Source: Octopus sinensis
Lineage: Eukaryota
DNA: 10,925 nucleotides
Reading direction: 5' to 3'
Assembly: GCF_006345805.1 (NCBI RefSeq)
Contig: NW_021827254.1
Location: 1-10,925 of the forward strand
The notes beneath the pieces are model-generated. The model did not search any database. It was given only the letters and a program-made list of their open reading frames with translations, and had not been told where the DNA came from. Every line of letters begins with the position of its first letter. Positions within the stretch are counted from its first letter, which is position 1. The position numbers and the translations under genes were made by a program. Shown here in pieces: positions 8,501 to 10,925 of this stretch.

Positions 8501-9440
8501 TTAACACTTTGAATTGGTGCTGTCATCTTCATTTTCTCCAGCACAGGTGGTCAATAATTAAATGATTACGTTGGGGCCTTTAGTTTGACATCAAAGAAAG
8601 AAGTCACGAAGTGTAACTGGACAAAATGAGACTACACATAATGTACACTTAAAATGCCTTTCGACTTAACGGCAAAAATGAAACGAGTTGTGCGAAATAA
8701 TGCTAATAGGAAAGACGGTGGACCCTTTGGCCTTCAGAAAAGATTTATATATAAAAAAAAAAAAAGAAATAGGCAAAGCTCGAGCTGGGGAACTTTTGGA
8801 CTTACCAGTATAAGGGTTATTTGAAAATGAAAAGCAAGCCTGCAAAACAGGTCGGTTTCTTGATATTTTGTGGCAGCGAATGAAAGGAAAGAGTACAGAC
8901 GAGTTGAGAGAAAAGCAGAGAAAATAAGAGATAAATAGAGAGAGTGAAAGAAAGAAAGAAAGATAAAGTGAGTGAGTGAGTGAGTGAGAAGGAAACTGTC
9001 GCTTATAAAACAAAATGGATTAGACGGAGGCATAAATAGAAAAGGGTAAATGGATAGATGGATGCGAAAATGGAAGGCCAAAATGAAAGAAAGATAAAAG
9101 GGTGCAAATAATGAGGGACATGTAAGAACGAACCAAGAAAAGGAAACATACAAACAAGTACATAAACATCACAATCATACAATTGTTTCATACAAAATGG
9201 ACCCAGGTATTCATAAAGAGAACATCGTAATAGTCAAATTTGTACTCCTCTGTAGGTAATATTTAAAGGAAATAAAGGTGTTTAAAGTACACATAGATTT
9301 TTAATCATTTTAGGGGATTTATATATTCCTTCTTCCAGTCACGCTTATTTGAGTCTAGGTTCTTTTCACCTTACTCATACTATTATTGAACCTGGAGTCA
9401 AACTACAGTCCTTCCGTAACACTTACATAGTCTTACCTAG

Positions 9441-9552
9441 GTGAAAAGGTCTCTTACGTTTCGAGCGTACGCTCCTCAACAGAAAGGAGCACAAGGAAAT
9501 AAACAGAGAGAGAATAAAAGACTTGTGGATTTAGCGGTCAATCATGGCAACT
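9441..9552 (-). mobile_element. Partial Penelope-type terminal repeat (copy A)
   Basis: Aligns with 9734-9845 (GTGAAAA.GTCT.T.ACGTTTCGAG..TACGCTC ... ATCATGGC). Confidence 0.75.
9451..9486 (-). ncRNA. Minimal type-I hammerhead-ribozyme-like motif (variant core CUGUUGA)
   Basis: Minus strand: CUUU-CUGUUGA-G-GAGC(GUAC)GCUC-GAAAC-GU-A-AGAG; stem I has one G.U pair; predicted GUA cleavage triplet. Confidence 0.55.
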
Positions 9553-9562
9553 CATATATATA

Positions 9563-9613
<51 letters not shown>

Positions 9614-9654
9614 TGTATGTGTGTGTATGTACGTATATATATATATATATATAT
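9553..9654. repeat. (TA)n-(TG)n-(TA)n microsatellite between the two terminal-repeat copies
   Basis: Directly visible. Confidence 0.95.
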
Positions 9655-9990
9655 AGGGATAATTCACAAGAAACAAAAGACGAAGACATGTGGTGTAGAC
9701 AACAAACAGATGTATTAGTTTAACGCTCAGGAAGTGAAAAAGTCTTTAACGTTTCGAGACTACGCTCTTCCACAAAAAGGAATGCAGAATGAAACAAGGA
9801 GAGGAAATAAAGAATGTGTAGTGGCTAACGATCTATCATGGCGAATGCTGGACAGAGGTGTCACACAGGAGAGCTAGGAAGAAGGGGGATAATAAAGTAG
9901 TGGTGATCCCAAAACGAAGGTGCGCGTGTGTATAACAGAGCTTGTGTGTGCGTGTGGAAGAGGGCTGGTGACCCTGACGTGTGCGTATGT
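9654..9990 (-). mobile_element. Penelope-type terminal repeat (copy B, 9654-9845) plus adjoining element body
   Basis: The reverse complement of 9654-9800 matches 3297-3448. Sequence beyond 9845 continues as complex sequence that grades into GT-rich repeats; the outer boundary is uncertain. Confidence 0.65.
9744..9779 (-). ncRNA. Minimal type-I hammerhead-ribozyme-like motif (variant core UUGUGGA)
   Basis: Minus strand: CUUU-UUGUGGA-A-GAG(CGUAGU)CUC-GAAAC-GU-U-AAAG; C3 is also changed to U, so it is probably impaired. Confidence 0.45.
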
Positions 9991-10269
9991 GTAAGTGTAG
10001 GCGTGCGGATGATGGTCTGGGTGCTGGGAAGTGGTCAGTGCTACTGTGTGCGTGGTGGTGTGATGTGGTGTTGTGTGATATAGTTGTGTGTGGGTTAGGC
10101 TGAGGATGGGGGTAGAGGTGGGGTATGTAGTAGTGGGTGTAAGGGATGGAGTGGAGTGGGATGGAATGGATAAGGAAGGTGGGGTTGGATTGTGTAGGAG
10201 TAGGGCTACGAGAGAGGGGTGAAGATGATGGGAGACAAGGAAGAGAGAGCGTGGTTAGGTGTAAAGGGA

Positions 10270-10360
10270 AGATATATATATATATATTATATATATATAT
10301 GCACACACACACGCACGAACATATATATATATATATATATAGATATATATATATATCTAC
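10270..10360. repeat. (TA)n/(CA)n microsatellite
   Basis: Directly visible. Confidence 0.95.
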
Positions 10361-10489
10361 GATAGAAAAAGGGGGAGGGGTAGAGAGAATGACAGGTATG
10401 TATAAATAGACAGATAGAGGGGACAACAGAGAGGAAGGGAGTGATTTTTATACAAAATTCGATCTATAAAAATTAAGAAATGAAGGGTT

Positions 10490-10513
10490 AGGGAGAAAAA
10501 GAAACAATAGCAT

Positions 10514-10553
<40 letters not shown>

Positions 10554-10880
10554 AAAGAAAGAAAGAAAGACAGAATGAAAGAAAGAAAGAAGGAAGAAAG
10601 GGAATGAAGAAAGAAAGACGAAGGAATGGAGAAAGGCAGAAGGGGGGAAGGGGGAAGAAGAAAGAAAGAAGGAAAGAAGAAAGAAGAAGAAGCAGAAAGA
10701 AAGAATGAATGAAAGAAAGAAAGGATGGGAAGAAGAAGAAAGAAAGAAGAAAGGATGGAAGAAGCAGAAAAAAGAAAGAAAAAAGAAAAAAGAAAGAAAG
10801 AAGAAAGAAGAATGAAAGGAAGAAGAAAGAAAAGAGAAGAAAGAAAGAAACAACAAAACACAAACAAACAAACAAAGAAA
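10490..10880. repeat. Long polypurine (GAAA)n/(GAA)n tract ending in (CAAA)n
   Basis: Directly visible; source of the F/L/S-rich and K/R/E-rich spurious ORFs. Confidence 0.95.
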
Positions 10881-10925
10881 AGTAGCTGTCCTATAAAAAA
10901 TGATGGAGTTGCCAGTTGAAAGGTC

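Noticed and set aside
8527-8570. Strong-looking acceptor TTCATTTTCTCCAG
   Set aside because: All three frames hit stops within ~25 nt and there is no good donor.
8806-8839. Possible 34-nt minus-strand exon (TTTTGCAG| ... |GTAAGT)
   Set aside because: Very short, no recognisable peptide, opposite strand to the other candidate, and such splice-like pairs are expected by chance.
9836-10919. Long ORFs (196, 172, 139, 127 aa and others) at the right end
   Set aside because: They are translations of GT-rich, (TA)n and (GAAA)n simple repeats, with low-complexity composition and no domain.
1-10925. Prokaryotic systems (CRISPR array, operon, defence island)
   Set aside because: No regularly spaced repeat-spacer array or gene-dense coding structure; the content is eukaryotic repeat DNA.

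Overview
AT-rich, microsatellite-dense eukaryotic non-coding DNA. The SINE families and repeat landscape resemble an octopus (coleoid cephalopod) genome; this is inferred from remembered repeat families, not from a search. No intact protein-coding gene is visible, and most ORFs in the track are simple-repeat artefacts. The window is a stack of transposon relics: a nearly full-length decayed Penelope-like element (RT + GIY-YIG, ~170-1795) carrying a SINE with an 18-bp TSD, abutted in frame by a Dong/R4-type RT fragment; a DDE-integrase fragment; several tRNA-derived SINEs, one apparently split by a ~1.66-kb Helitron-like insertion; and a small foldback element nested between two inverted SINE copies. 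The most notable RNA-level signal is three 36-nt minimal type-I hammerhead-ribozyme-like motifs (plus a decayed fourth) in Penelope-type terminal repeats. All three share a non-canonical core (U at A6), and two lie in tandem 293 nt apart on the minus strand, a retrozyme-like arrangement. One weak candidate host exon lies at 8099-8167. All protein alignments were made by eye against remembered consensus motifs.
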